Assembly: GCA_025358515.1 (NCBI GenBank)
Contig: JANYJG010000039.1
Coordinates: 1 to 63,950 of the forward strand
Source: Chloroflexota bacterium
Lineage (GTDB): Bacteria > Chloroflexota > Limnocylindria > Limnocylindrales > CSP1-4
Direction: 5' to 3'
Length of the DNA stretch: 63,950 nt
Both the position numbers and the translations under genes were made by a program. The notes beneath the pieces are model-generated. The model saw nothing but the letters and a program-made list of their open reading frames with translations. It searched no databases and was not told where the DNA came from. Shown in pieces: positions 51,130 to 61,523 of the stretch (the stretch's first letter is position 1; every line of letters starts with the position of its first letter).

Positions 51130-53076
51130 TTGAACACGCGATTCTTCCGCAACCTGATCGTCATGCTGGTCCTCGTTACCGCCACTGCAGCGCTGCTGTA
51201 TGCCCTCATCCAGCCGACCCAGCCGGACACCAAGTCCTACTCTGACTTCCAAAAGGATGTCAAGGCGGGCCTGGTCGCCAAGGTCGTCCAGCAGGACGCG
51301 AGTCTGACCGTCACCGAGAACGACTCGAACAAGACGACGTACACCACCGTGTCCGACTCCCCCCAGATCGGCATCAAGGCCACCCTGGAGAACTGGCTTA
51401 GCCAGGCCGGCAGGCAGACGGACAGCATCAACTTCAAGGTCAATCTGCCGCCTGACACCGGCTGGATCATGCTGCTGCTCACGACCCTGGTGCCGGTTGG
51501 CCTCGTCATCCTCTTCATCGTCTTCTTCATGCGCCAGGCGCAGGGCACCAACAACCAGGCCATGAGCTTCGGCAAGAGCCGGGCCCGGATGTTCCTGGGC
51601 AACAAGACGTTAGTCACATTCGCCGACGTCGCCGGGGTCGACGAGGCAAAAACGGACCTTCAAGAGGTCGTCGAGTTCCTGAAGTACCCGGAAAAGTTCA
51701 ACTCTCTGGGTGCCCGCATCCCCCGCGGCGTGCTTCTCGTCGGCCCTCCTGGAACCGGCAAGACGCTGCTGGCCCGGGCCGTGGCCGGTGAGGCCGGCGT
51801 GCCCTTCTTCTCGATCTCCGGCTCGGAGTTCGTCGAGATGTTCGTCGGCGTGGGCGCCAGCCGCGTCCGCGATCTGTTCGATCAGGCCAAGCGCAATTCA
51901 CCCTGCATCGTCTTCGTCGACGAGATCGACGCGGTCGGTCGCCAACGCGGCGCAGGCCTCGGCGGCTCCCACGACGAGCGCGAACAGACCCTCAACCAGA
52001 TTCTCGTCGAGATGGACGGCTTCGACACGAATACCAACGTGATCGTGGTTGCCGCCACCAACCGGCCCGACGTGCTCGATCCGGCGCTGCTTCGCCCGGG
52101 CCGCTTCGACCGCCAGGTCATCCTGGATCGCCCGGACCTCCGTGGTCGCATGGCCATCCTGAAGGTCCACACCAAGGGCAAGCCGCTCGACAAGAACGTC
52201 GATCCAGAGAACCTGGCCCGCCAGTCACCCGGCTTCTCCGGCGCGGACCTGGCCAACCTGGTCAACGAGGCCGCCATTCTGGCCGCTCGCCGCAACCGCA
52301 AGACCATCGGCCAGTCCGAGTTCAACGAAGCGTTGGAGCGGATCGTGGCCGGCCCAGAGCGCAAGAGCCGCATCATCTCCGACGCGGAGAAGCGGATCAT
52401 CGCCATCCACGAAGGCGGACACGCGGTCGTTCAAAGGGTCCTGCCCAAATGCGATCCCGTCCATAAGGTCACGATCATCAGCCGCGGTATGGCCCTCGGC
52501 TACACCATGGCTTTGCCGATGGAAGATCGCTACCTGCAATCCAAGACCGAATTCGAGGACAAGATCGCCGGTCTGCTTGGCGGCAATGCCGCGGAGCGGC
52601 TCATCTTCGGTGACACCACGACCGGCGCCAGCAATGACATAGAGAAGGCGACGGATCTGGCCCGCCGGATGGTGACCGAGTGGGGCATGAGCGACAAGCT
52701 CGGCCCGCTGGCGTTCGGCAAGCACGACGAGATGGTGTTCTTGGGTCGAGAGATCGGCGAGCAGCGCAACTACTCCGACGACGTTGCCAAATTGATCGAC
52801 GAAGAAGTCCGCGCCCTCATCGAGCATGGCTACGCTCGGGCAACCCAAACTCTGACCGACAACAAGGCAAGGCTGTTGACTCTGGCCGATAAGCTCATTG
52901 CCGAAGAGACGGTCGAGGGCGAGGAGTTCGAGAAGATCTTCGACGGCCTGCCGCCCAAGCTCAACCTGCACGGCATCTCCGGGCTGACGCCGCTGTCGGA
53001 GCCGTGGCTGCCGCCGACCTCCGCCCCCAGCGCACCGCCGGCCGGAAGCCCAAGCCCAAGCCCGAGCGCGTCCTAG
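51130..53076 (+). CDS. ftsH: ATP-dependent zinc metalloprotease FtsH
   Basis: Two TMs, [21 protein letters not shown] (RPGRFDR), HEGGH. Confidence 0.98.
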   Translation: MNTRFFRNLIVMLVLVTATAALLYALIQPTQPDTKSYSDFQKDVKAGLVAKVVQQDASLTVTENDSNKTTYTTVSDSPQIGIKATLENWLSQAGRQTDSINFKVNLPPDTGWIMLLLTTLVPVGLVILFIVFFMRQAQGTNNQAMSFGKSRARMFLGNKTLVTFADVAGVDEAKTDLQEVVEFLKYPEKFNSLGARIPRGVLLVGPPGTGKTLLARAVAGEAGVPFFSISGSEFVEMFVGVGASRVRDLFDQAKRNSPCIVFVDEIDAVGRQRGAGLGGSHDEREQTLNQILVEMDGFDTNTNVIVVAATNRPDVLDPALLRPGRFDRQVILDRPDLRGRMAILKVHTKGKPLDKNVDPENLARQSPGFSGADLANLVNEAAILAARRNRKTIGQSEFNEALERIVAGPERKSRIISDAEKRIIAIHEGGHAVVQRVLPKCDPVHKVTIISRGMALGYTMALPMEDRYLQSKTEFEDKIAGLLGGNAAERLIFGDTTTGASNDIEKATDLARRMVTEWGMSDKLGPLAFGKHDEMVFLGREIGEQRNYSDDVAKLIDEEVRALIEHGYARATQTLTDNKARLLTLADKLIAEETVEGEEFEKIFDGLPPKLNLHGISGLTPLSEPWLPPTSAPSAPPAGSPSPSPSAS

Positions 53077-53099
53077 ACGTCCCACATCCCATAGCAACA

Positions 53100-53135
53100 G
53101 AGCCGGGCGGCCACACGGCTGCCCGGTTTCCGTTT
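53100..53135 (+). terminator. Putative intrinsic terminator after ftsH
   Basis: GAGCCGGGCGGCC-acac-GGCTGCCCGGTTT hairpin followed by a T-rich tail. Confidence 0.6.
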
Positions 53136-53214
53136 GACCGCAGCCAGCGCCCGCGAGCACGTCCGTGGCCCCTGGCTACAATCGAGCTGCTGCGGCCCCA
53201 ACTGGAGAGCCCGA

Positions 53215-54621
53215 ATGACCATTGCGCCTGCCGATTTCGCCCCCGACGCGGCCCTGGAAGCGTTCCTCGCCAAGTCCCAGGACCAGCGCCTGGAGTCGTT
53301 CAAGGCGTTCCTGCGAATAGCCAGCATTTCCGGAATGCCGGCCCATGCCCCCGACTGCCGTGCAGCGGCCGAATTCGTGGCCGCAGACCTTGCGGCCGCG
53401 GGCATGGAGCACGTCGATGTATCCGAAACGGGTGGCCATCCGGTTGTCTACGCCGACTGGTTGCACGCCCACGACAAGCCTACGGTCCTCGTGTACGCCC
53501 ACTACGACGTCCAGCCGGTGGATCCGCTCGATCTGTGGGATTCGCCGCCGTTTGTGCCTGTGGTGAAGGACGGCCGCATGCTTGCCCGCGGGGCTTCCGA
53601 CGACAAAGGGCACGTGCACATGCACACTCGGGCAATCGAAGCCCTGCTGGCGACGCGCGGCTCCTTGCCGGTGAACCTCAAGCTCGTCATTGAAGGCGAG
53701 GAGGAGTCCAGCTCGGTCCACCTGGACGCCTGGCTGGAGGCCAATCGCGAGCGCCTGAAGGCCGACTTCGCCGTCATCTCCGACACGTCGTTCTTTGAGG
53801 GGAACCTGCCGGCGATCACGATCGGGCTGCGGGGCCTGGTCTACTTCCAGCTGGACGTGACGGGCAGCAACTCGGACCTACATTCGGGAGCGTACGGCGG
53901 CGCCATAGACAACCCAATCAACGCCCTGTGCCAGATCGTGGCCGCCCTCAAGGCGCCGGACGGGCGGATCAGCGTGCCGGGCTTCTACGACGACGTCCTA
54001 GGGCTGACGCCTGTGGACAAGGCCGCCTTCGCCAGGCTGCCCCTGGACGAGGAGGCGTACCGAGAGTCCCTGGGCGTGCCGGAGTTGCACGGCGAGCCGG
54101 GCTACACGACTCTGGAACGCACAGGCGCCCGACCGACGCTCGACGTCTGCGGCATATGGGGCGGCTTCGAGGGCGACGGTCCCAAGACCATCATCCCGGC
54201 TCACGCCCATGCCAAGATCAGCGCCCGCCTGGTAGCCAACCAGGACTCGGAGAAGATCTTCGGGCTGATTGATCGGTACATTGCCCAGGTGGCACCCAAG
54301 TCTGTCCGCTACTCCATCCAGCGTCTCGGCGACGGCATGCCGAGTCTCACGCCCATCGACAATCCAACCACCCAGGCCGCCGCTCGGGCGCTGAAGGCCA
54401 CGTTCGGGACAGAGCCCCTGTATATCCGAGAAGGTGGTTCCGTCCCGGTCTGCGCCAGCTTCGAGTCGATTCTTGGTCTGTCGACGGTCCTGCTGGGCTT
54501 CGCGCCGCCTGATGGTCAGTTCCACGCGCCGAATGAGTGGATGTCGATGGCTAACTATGAAACCGGAATCCGTACTATCGCCCGATACTGGGACGAGGTC
54601 GCCGGCGTTAACCTCAAGTAA
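53215..54621 (+). CDS. M20 family dipeptidase
   Basis: YAHYDVQP, ARGASDDKG, EGEEE, DLHSG, HAPNE. Confidence 0.93.
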   Translation: MTIAPADFAPDAALEAFLAKSQDQRLESFKAFLRIASISGMPAHAPDCRAAAEFVAADLAAAGMEHVDVSETGGHPVVYADWLHAHDKPTVLVYAHYDVQPVDPLDLWDSPPFVPVVKDGRMLARGASDDKGHVHMHTRAIEALLATRGSLPVNLKLVIEGEEESSSVHLDAWLEANRERLKADFAVISDTSFFEGNLPAITIGLRGLVYFQLDVTGSNSDLHSGAYGGAIDNPINALCQIVAALKAPDGRISVPGFYDDVLGLTPVDKAAFARLPLDEEAYRESLGVPELHGEPGYTTLERTGARPTLDVCGIWGGFEGDGPKTIIPAHAHAKISARLVANQDSEKIFGLIDRYIAQVAPKSVRYSIQRLGDGMPSLTPIDNPTTQAAARALKATFGTEPLYIREGGSVPVCASFESILGLSTVLLGFAPPDGQFHAPNEWMSMANYETGIRTIARYWDEVAGVNLK

Positions 54622-54738
54622 GGTCCGGCCTATGCGCAATCCACACGCGTGCAACCTGCACCGAGTCATTCACGGGCCGGAGGTCACTGATACGATGCCA
54701 CTCGATGCACGCCCTGTGAAACCTGGCTGGAGGCAACC

Positions 54739-55827
54739 GTGACGACGACCGATCTGCCGCAGGAGGCGGATGCCGCCGTGGAACCGAACACCTGGCGGCT
54801 GGACACCGATAACGGCAGCATGGTTCCGCGTTCGGCTCTGGACGTGCTCGTGGACCTCAATGACAACTTCGCCAGTGGCCGATTCGGCGAGTACCAGCCG
54901 GTCCCCCTCGGTTTCGGAATGCTGGACAAGACCATCGGGGGCGGATTGCGAGCTGGTGAGCTTCTGCTGATTGGCGGCGCTCAGGGCACCGGCAAGACCA
55001 CCATGGCCCTCCAGATGGCACGTAACGTCGCCTCCAGCGGCCAGGCCAACGTCCTGTACGTGTGCTTCGAGCACGAAGAGCAGTACCTCCTCAACAGGCT
55101 TGTGGCCCTCGAATCGGCGCTTGCGCACCTTCCCCAAAAGACCGGTGCGATCAAGATTCAGGACGTTCGCAAGGAGATCATGTCCTCCTGGATGGGCGAG
55201 GGGACTGGCGGCACGAGTTTGACCGCCAACCCGAGGCTACGGCCCAGCCTGGACCGCATCGCTCGCTACGGGCAGAACCTATTTCTGCTCCGAGGATCGC
55301 AAAGCGCCAGCACCGTGGACAACCTGCGCAAGCTCGTGCAGCGGCACCGCGTCCTGTCGGGCGATCGGCGACTGCTCGTGGTCATCGACTACCTCCAGAA
55401 GGTGCCGATGTTCCCGGAGCCTGCCAACGAGTCGGAGAAGGTCACGTACGTGGTGAACGGCCTCAAGGACATCGCCCTATCCGAGCAGGTGCCAATGATC
55501 GCGATCGTGGCAGCGGACAAGGAAGGGCTCAAGGCCCAGCGGCTCCGCAACCACCACCTGCGCGGCTCATCGGCCATCAACTACGAGGCCGATATCATCC
55601 TGATCATCAACGAGAAGTACCACATCGTGGCCAAGGTCAATATCGAGTTCAACCCCTATCAGGCGCAGCGATTCCGCGATTGGGTGGTCGTCTCGATCGA
55701 GAAGAACCGTGGCGGCCAGGACAACGTCGACTTGGAATTCGAGAAACACTTTGAGTTCTCATGCTTCGATCCCAACGGTCGAGCGGTCCAGGAGAAACTC
55801 ATCGAGGAACGGCTTTACAACGAGTAG
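54739..55827 (+). CDS. DnaB-like (SF4) helicase C-terminal motor domain lacking the N-terminal domain
   Basis: GAQGTGKT, VIDYLQ, LRGSSAINYEAD, IEKNRGG; GGAGG before GTG. Confidence 0.85.
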   Translation: MTTTDLPQEADAAVEPNTWRLDTDNGSMVPRSALDVLVDLNDNFASGRFGEYQPVPLGFGMLDKTIGGGLRAGELLLIGGAQGTGKTTMALQMARNVASSGQANVLYVCFEHEEQYLLNRLVALESALAHLPQKTGAIKIQDVRKEIMSSWMGEGTGGTSLTANPRLRPSLDRIARYGQNLFLLRGSQSASTVDNLRKLVQRHRVLSGDRRLLVVIDYLQKVPMFPEPANESEKVTYVVNGLKDIALSEQVPMIAIVAADKEGLKAQRLRNHHLRGSSAINYEADIILIINEKYHIVAKVNIEFNPYQAQRFRDWVVVSIEKNRGGQDNVDLEFEKHFEFSCFDPNGRAVQEKLIEERLYNE

Positions 55828-55857
55828 CGACCCGACGTTCGGTCTGACGGTGCGGGC

Positions 55858-56562
55858 ATGAGCCGCGGCGGTCCACCGGCGCCTCATCAAGGCCGACCCG
55901 GCGCGCCACGGCCAGGGGGTCGTTCGCGCCCGCCGAGCACAGGCGGCTTCGCTAGACCCGAGGACGATCCACCGGGCACAAGCCGGCTCTTCGTGGCCGT
56001 TCCCGTGGCCGACGAGGTCAGGCTGGCCATCGGCGAGTTGATGTCGCGCGTGGCGGGGGCGCCGATAGAGGAGCGGGCATTCGGGCAGCCTCGATGGGTC
56101 CGCGTCGAAGGCTTGCATGTCACCCTGCGATTTCTCGGCCCGACGCCGGACATGCGCCAGCAGGAAGTTGGGGCCGTCGTTGCCGAGGCGGCCCGGGGAG
56201 TGGCTCCGTTCCAGATAGTCCTATCAGGCGGCGGCGCGTTCCCGAATCAATATCGGCCGCGGGTCTTGTGGATCGGCATTGGCGACGGGGCAAGGGAACT
56301 GGCGGGAATCGCCGGCCGGATAAATGGCGAGCTGGCAAGGCTGGGCTGGACCCCCGACGATCGGCCCTTCAATCCACACCTCACCTTGGCTCGCACCGAC
56401 GGCGTGATCGGCGCAGACGGCTATGCGGCGAAACTTCTGGAAGAGGCACGTGACGTGAGGTTGTCCTGGACCGCGGATCGGCTGGTGCTGTACAGGAGCC
56501 AGGTCGGGCACGGCGCTACGCGCTACGAGGCCCTGTCGGAAGCGGTGCTGGGCGCGGACTAA
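55858..56562 (+). CDS. thpR: RNA 2',3'-cyclic phosphodiesterase (2H family)
   Basis: RLFVA, LHVTLRFLG, GAFP..PRVLW, FNPHLTLAR. Confidence 0.92.
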   Translation: MSRGGPPAPHQGRPGAPRPGGRSRPPSTGGFARPEDDPPGTSRLFVAVPVADEVRLAIGELMSRVAGAPIEERAFGQPRWVRVEGLHVTLRFLGPTPDMRQQEVGAVVAEAARGVAPFQIVLSGGGAFPNQYRPRVLWIGIGDGARELAGIAGRINGELARLGWTPDDRPFNPHLTLARTDGVIGADGYAAKLLEEARDVRLSWTADRLVLYRSQVGHGATRYEALSEAVLGAD

Positions 56563-56709
56563 GAGTGCGGCCGCGGGTTTCCGCATCCAGGCCCGGTTCG
56601 CCTTGCACGTCGACGCGTCCAGCCGCTAGGCTATTGGGACCACCGCCGTTGTGGGGCGCGCGATGGTGCCGAGCAATCAAGTCGCCGCAATAACGGCTGG
56701 AGGAGTCGC

Positions 56710-58065
56710 ATGGTCGAGCGCACCCGTTTTCTGCTGGACGAGGCACAGATCCCTCGCGCCTGGTACAACATCGCGGCAGATCTCCCCGTAGAGCAGGCTC
56801 CGCCTCTACATCCAGGCACTCATCAGCCGCTGGGTCCTGCGGATCTCGCCCCACTCTTTCCGATGGCTCTAATCCTCCAGGAGGTCTCGACCGAACGTGA
56901 GATCGAGATTCCGGAGCCGGTCCGCGCCCTATACGCCCAGTTCCGACCCAGCCCTCTGGTTCGCGCTCTCCGACTGGAGAAGGCCCTCGATACGCCGGCC
57001 CACATCTACTACAAGTACGAAGGCACGAGCCCGGCCGGCAGCCACAAGCCCAACACCGCGATCCCACAAGCCTTCTACAACAAGGAAGAGGGCATCAAGC
57101 GCATCGCCACCGAGACGGGGGCCGGTCAATGGGGCAGCGCGCTTGCATACGCCGGCGCGATGTTCGGGATCGAGGTCAAGGTCTACATGGTTCGAGCGAG
57201 CTACGACCAGAAGCCGTACCGCCGCTTGCTCATGGAAACCTACGGGGCCAGCGTCGTCGCCAGCCCGAGCATGGAGACCGAAGCCGGCCGAGCCATCCTG
57301 GCCGAGCATCCGGACAGCCCAGGTTCGCTCGGCATGGCCATCAGCGAAGCGGTCGAAGACACTGTCAAGCGCGAGGATACGCATTACGCGCTCGGTTCCG
57401 TCCTCAACCACGTAATGCTCCACCAGACCATCATCGGCGAGGAATCCATCATCCAGATGGAGATGGCCGGTGAGGAGCCGGACGTAATCATTGCCTGCGC
57501 CGGCGGTGGCTCAAACTTCGCCGGCTTAGCCTTTCCGTGGCTCGGCCGAACATTCCGTGGCGGCCGCAAGTATCAGGTGATCGCGGTCGAGCCGGAGGCC
57601 GCTCCCAGCCTGAGCCGCGGCCGCTACGCTTACGACTACGGCGACACCGCCAAGATGGCGCCGATGGTCAAGATGTACACCCTGGGCCACGACTTCGTGC
57701 CGGAGCCGATCCACGCCGGCGGTCTCCGCTACCACGGCATGTCGCCCCAGGTCAGCCTGCTCAAGCATCACGGTTTCATCGAGGCCCGCAGCCTGCACCA
57801 GCGCCCCTGCTTCGAGGCCGGCATCCAGTTCGCCCGGACCGAGGGCATCGTTCCCGCGCCAGAGTCGACCCACGCCATCAAGGCCGCGATCGACATTGCC
57901 CTGGAGGCCAAGGCGAGCGGCGAAAAGAAGGTCATCCTGTTCAACCTGTCGGGCCACGGGTTCTTCGACCTGACCTCGTATCAGCGTTTCCTGGCCGGAA
58001 AGCTCGAGGACTACGAGTACCCGGCCGAAGAGGTCAAGCACGCCTTGGAGTCCGTCGAGGTATAG
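56710..58065 (+). CDS. TrpB2-type tryptophan synthase beta-like PLP enzyme
   Basis: WYNI.ADLP, GSHKPNTA, ETGAGQWG, GSVLNHV, GGGSNF, HAGGLRYHG. Confidence 0.95.
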   Translation: MVERTRFLLDEAQIPRAWYNIAADLPVEQAPPLHPGTHQPLGPADLAPLFPMALILQEVSTEREIEIPEPVRALYAQFRPSPLVRALRLEKALDTPAHIYYKYEGTSPAGSHKPNTAIPQAFYNKEEGIKRIATETGAGQWGSALAYAGAMFGIEVKVYMVRASYDQKPYRRLLMETYGASVVASPSMETEAGRAILAEHPDSPGSLGMAISEAVEDTVKREDTHYALGSVLNHVMLHQTIIGEESIIQMEMAGEEPDVIIACAGGGSNFAGLAFPWLGRTFRGGRKYQVIAVEPEAAPSLSRGRYAYDYGDTAKMAPMVKMYTLGHDFVPEPIHAGGLRYHGMSPQVSLLKHHGFIEARSLHQRPCFEAGIQFARTEGIVPAPESTHAIKAAIDIALEAKASGEKKVILFNLSGHGFFDLTSYQRFLAGKLEDYEYPAEEVKHALESVEV

Positions 58066-58099
58066 CTCCCGATACCGAGGGCCCTCCAACGCCCCGCAA

Positions 58100-58135
58100 T
58101 CAAAAGAGCCGCGCTGTAAGGCGCGGCTCTTTTGA
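58100..58135. terminator. Intrinsic terminator, potentially bidirectional
   Basis: TCAAAAGAGCCGCGC-tgtaag-GCGCGGCTCTTTTGA perfect inverted repeat. Confidence 0.85.
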
Positions 58136-58248
58136 TTCCCGTTTCCGGGCGCCGATCGCGGGAGGAGGAGAAAGCGACCGGTTCGGGGTGCCCCAGTTGG
58201 CTGGGCCGAAACCGCCTCAAGCGACGGCCGATGACGTACGATCCGCGT

Positions 58249-58485
58249 ATGCCGAGACTCGCTTGTTTCGCATGTGGTCGAACGCTCTGGGCAACCGTTC
58301 CGCTGGCCGAGTTGTTTGCAGAGGAACGCCGCTGTCCGCGGTGCGGCTGGTCTCTCGCAGACGACCGGCGATCATTGGATCGCCGCACGATTCGCCGGCG
58401 GGCAGTCGGATCGGGGGCATCGCCGACGGGGGATGAACGTCGCGATGGAGAACGTCGAACGGTTCGGCGGCGGCGTCCAGCCTGA
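58249..58485 (+). CDS. Small zinc-finger protein with an Arg-rich (D/E)RR-repeat tail
   Basis: CFAC...CPRC; TACGAT 6 nt before ATG. Confidence 0.7.
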   Translation: MPRLACFACGRTLWATVPLAELFAEERRCPRCGWSLADDRRSLDRRTIRRRAVGSGASPTGDERRDGERRTVRRRRPA

Positions 58486-58523
58486 AGGGCTCGGAGTCGC
58501 TAATCGATCGGCGACCTGTAACT

Positions 58524-59219
58524 CTAGAAGAGCCTGTCGTCCGACTTGGGCGGCTCGACCAGCCGGTGCCGCAGGGCGAATGCCACCGCCTCGAGCTTCG
58601 AGTGCACGCGAAGCTTGCCCATGATGTTCTGGACGTGCGTGCGCAGCGTGTTCGGCGCGATATACAGGCGTTCGCAGATGTCCGGCGTGGCCAGACCCTC
58701 GGTCAGGGCCTTAAGGACTTCCAATTCGCGGGGCGTAAGAGGTTCGATCTGGCGGCGCTCAGTGCCGCGCTCCTTGGCAGCCGCGACGCGCTGGGCGATG
58801 CCGACAATCACCGACCGCGGTAGCAGCGTCTCGCCCGCATAGGCGGCCCGCACGGCGGTGACAACCTCGTCGATGGCCCGGTCCTTGGTCAGGTAGCCAT
58901 CTGCGCCGGCCTGGATGGACTCCAGGACCGTCTCGTCATCAGTCAAGGCCGTGAGCATGACGACGCGAGCGGCCGGCCAGCGGGCCTTGATCGAGCGCGT
59001 GGCCTCGGCTCCGGTGCCATCGGGCAGGCGGTAGTCCATAAGAACGACGTCCAATCGCTCACGGGACATCGCCTTAGCCTCAGCAACGCTACCAGCAACG
59101 CCCACGACCATGATGTCCGGCTCGCGGCTGAGAATCTGAGACAGTGCTCCCGTTAGGAGCTGGTGGTCGTCGACGAGGAGGACACGGATGGGACGGGTCT
59201 CGCCAGACGATTCGAGCAT
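58524..59219 (-). CDS. NarL/LuxR family response regulator (no adjacent kinase)
   Basis: LVDDH, VLMDY, MLT, YLTKD, LTPRE.EVL, T.RTHV.NI..KL. Confidence 0.94.
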   Translation of the reverse strand: MLESSGETRPIRVLLVDDHQLLTGALSQILSREPDIMVVGVAGSVAEAKAMSRERLDVVLMDYRLPDGTGAEATRSIKARWPAARVVMLTALTDDETVLESIQAGADGYLTKDRAIDEVVTAVRAAYAGETLLPRSVIVGIAQRVAAAKERGTERRQIEPLTPRELEVLKALTEGLATPDICERLYIAPNTLRTHVQNIMGKLRVHSKLEAVAFALRHRLVEPPKSDDRLF

Positions 59220-59396
59220 GTGCGATTCCCTCTTGGCAGCGGCGACCAATTCTGGTGGGCAGCGTAATAACGCGGCCGGACCGACTGTTGCCATTCTAGT
59301 CGAGCTTTCGGAAGAAAGGCACTCAGCCGTTCGGGGTATTGCATTTGTGGGACCGGCGTCAGATGAAATGGAGGCGACGCGGCCCATAATGGAGTC

Positions 59397-60281
59397 GTGC
59401 GTATATCTATAGTCGGTTTCGGACTGATTGGCGGCTCGATCGCCAGGGCGCTGCGAAGTGTAAGCGGCCCTGGTGCCTGGCAAGTCACAGCCTGGAGCCG
59501 GAACCCCGCTCCGGTGAGGCAGGCCGTCGACGACGGCGTGTTGGACGTCGCGGCAGCCAGGCTGGAAGACGCGGTCGGCGATGCCGACATCATCGTCCTG
59601 GCAGCTCCGCCGCTCATTTGCCTGGATCTGGTGGACAGACTGGGCGCGGACCTGAGCCGCTTCTTGTGCGATGAGGCCACCATCACCGATGTCTCGAGCG
59701 TGAAGGCGAGCATCGTCGATCGGGCCAACAAGGCTCGACTGCATTTCATCGGCGGTCACCCGATGGCCGGCCGGGAGTTGAGCGGCTATGGCGCGTCCCT
59801 TCCGGATCTGTTCGTCGGCCGGCCCTGGGTAACCGTGCCGGGCCAATGCGCCCGTCCGGGCGACGGCGAGCGCATCAACGAACTGGTCTCGGCCTGCGGG
59901 GCCATTCAGATTCCCATGGACGCTGCGGCCCACGATCGGGCTGTGGCAGCGATCAGTCATGTGCCACTGGTGCTGTCCGCGGCGCTGGTGGAGGCCATCG
60001 CGGGCCGGCCCGGCGAACCAGACCGGGGCGATTGGGGGGCGGCCGAGGTGCTGGCGGCAACCGGCTGGGCGGGCATGACTCGGCTTGCCAAAGGGAATCC
60101 GGCGATGAGCGCGGGAATCGCCGCCACTAACACGGCGGCCATAGCCGAGCGACTGCGCGAATTCCGCGATCTTCTAGACGAGTGGTTGGCCGAACTCGAG
60201 CGACCGGACGGCCCCGATCCCGAGCGACTGCGCGAGCGATTCGCGGCCGACAGGGCCCGCCTCGAGAAGTCGGCTCCGTAG
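59397..60281 (+). CDS. tyrA: Prephenate/arogenate dehydrogenase
   Basis: GFGLIGGS, DVSSVK, GGHPMAGRE, HD...AAISHVP, MTRLA. Confidence 0.92.
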   Translation: MRISIVGFGLIGGSIARALRSVSGPGAWQVTAWSRNPAPVRQAVDDGVLDVAAARLEDAVGDADIIVLAAPPLICLDLVDRLGADLSRFLCDEATITDVSSVKASIVDRANKARLHFIGGHPMAGRELSGYGASLPDLFVGRPWVTVPGQCARPGDGERINELVSACGAIQIPMDAAAHDRAVAAISHVPLVLSAALVEAIAGRPGEPDRGDWGAAEVLAATGWAGMTRLAKGNPAMSAGIAATNTAAIAERLREFRDLLDEWLAELERPDGPDPERLRERFAADRARLEKSAP

Positions 60282-60907
60282 TGGCGGAGCTAGCCGGGCC
60301 ATCGGGTGAGTTCGTCTACGCGGTTCCGCGGGACGTCCTGCTGGACGGCATGGCCGTGTGGCGAGGCGTCAAGTCGGACGGGGACGTAGCCGCGATCCTA
60401 AGTCGAATCGACGCGGCCGGAAGTTTTGTGCCACGGGCCGCGGCCGAGGTCGATCGGACGATCAAGCAGATCATCCCGTACCTGGTCCTTCACGATGGGC
60501 AGCGGATCTTCTTGATGAAGCGGACGAAAGCCGGCGGGGATGCCCGACTGCACGATCGCTACAGCATTGGTGTGGGCGGCCACATGAATCCCGGCGATGT
60601 ATCCGTCATCGGTGGCTTGAAACGCGAGTGGCGTGAGGAACTTACCGCGGCTTTCGTACCCGAGTTCTCGTTCCTGGGACTTCTCAATGACGACGAAGTC
60701 GAGGTGGGCGTGCATCACCTTGGCGTGGTATTCATGGCCGATGCGGCAGGGCGTCCGGTCAGCGTTCGTGAAACCCACAAGCTCAGCGGCAGCTTCGAAT
60801 CGGTCCAGGTCGTGCAGTCGGTTCGCGACCGATTGGAGACGTGGAGTCAACTCGTGCTCGACGCTCTCGAGCCGGTCCATTCTGCGACCGAACCTGCGGC
60901 ACGGTAG
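60281..60907 (+). CDS. NUDIX-like phosphoesterase
   Basis: KQIIPY, RL...YSIGVGGH, GLKREWREE, VG.HHLG, LETWS; TAGTG overlap with tyrA. Confidence 0.82.
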   Translation: MAELAGPSGEFVYAVPRDVLLDGMAVWRGVKSDGDVAAILSRIDAAGSFVPRAAAEVDRTIKQIIPYLVLHDGQRIFLMKRTKAGGDARLHDRYSIGVGGHMNPGDVSVIGGLKREWREELTAAFVPEFSFLGLLNDDEVEVGVHHLGVVFMADAAGRPVSVRETHKLSGSFESVQVVQSVRDRLETWSQLVLDALEPVHSATEPAAR

Positions 60908-61034
60908 TCGAGTCTCACGTATGGAAGACCGAGTTGGCCCGCCACAAGAGCGTGGGATGTTCGCGAAAGACACATTCTTGAACAACGATGTTGCATTGGC
61001 GCCGGTCAAGTCCGCGATTGTGCGTGACCGGACG

Positions 61035-61523
61035 ATGGATGCGGAGTTCGCCTCTCGGCTGGAGGGCGAGCTACCGATGGCCTACCGGCTGGCCGGATAC
61101 TTGCTTGCCGACGCGACGGAAGCCCAGGACGCGGTCCAGGAGGCGTCTGTTAGGGCCTGGCGTGGCTGGCCCGGTTTGCGCGAGCGCGATCGATACCACG
61201 CCTGGTTCAGTCAGATCTTGGTCAACGTTTGCCGGACCCGGCTGCGTCGCCGCAGCCGACAGCGAGCTCTCGATATCGACGACATGCAGCTGGTCGGGGC
61301 CGATCCGTTCCGCGCGGCACTCGCTCGGGATACGGTCGGGCGGGCTCTTTCGGTTCTAAGCAACGAGCTTCGAATGGTCGTGGTGCTCCGTTACTGGGGC
61401 GAACTCTCGCTCGCCGAGATCGCCGACCGGCTTCGCATTCCCATCGGCACGGTGAAGTCCAGGCATCATGCCGCCATTTCGGCATTGCGCCGCCGGATAA
61501 CCCCGGCCGAAGGTGGGACCTGA
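61035..61523 (+). CDS. ECF RNA polymerase sigma factor (start could be as early as 60921)
   Basis: Sigma2 (AYRLA...EAQDAVQEA...AWF..I.VN) and sigma4 (LSLAEIA..L.IP.GTVKSR). Confidence 0.93.
   Translation: MDAEFASRLEGELPMAYRLAGYLLADATEAQDAVQEASVRAWRGWPGLRERDRYHAWFSQILVNVCRTRLRRRSRQRALDIDDMQLVGADPFRAALARDTVGRALSVLSNELRMVVVLRYWGELSLAEIADRLRIPIGTVKSRHHAAISALRRRITPAEGGT

Noticed and set aside
56630-56709. Trp attenuator or T-box before trpB2
   Set aside because: No Trp-rich leader peptide and no UGGNACC T-box core
59220-59960. Apparent N-terminal extension of the response regulator
   Set aside because: Overlaps tyrA antisense; RBS and -10 box support a start at 59219
60968-60996. ECF-like promoter pattern TGCAAC-N16-GTGTCT near the sigma gene
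   Set aside because: Lies on the minus strand pointing away from the sigma gene; cannot be distinguished from chance
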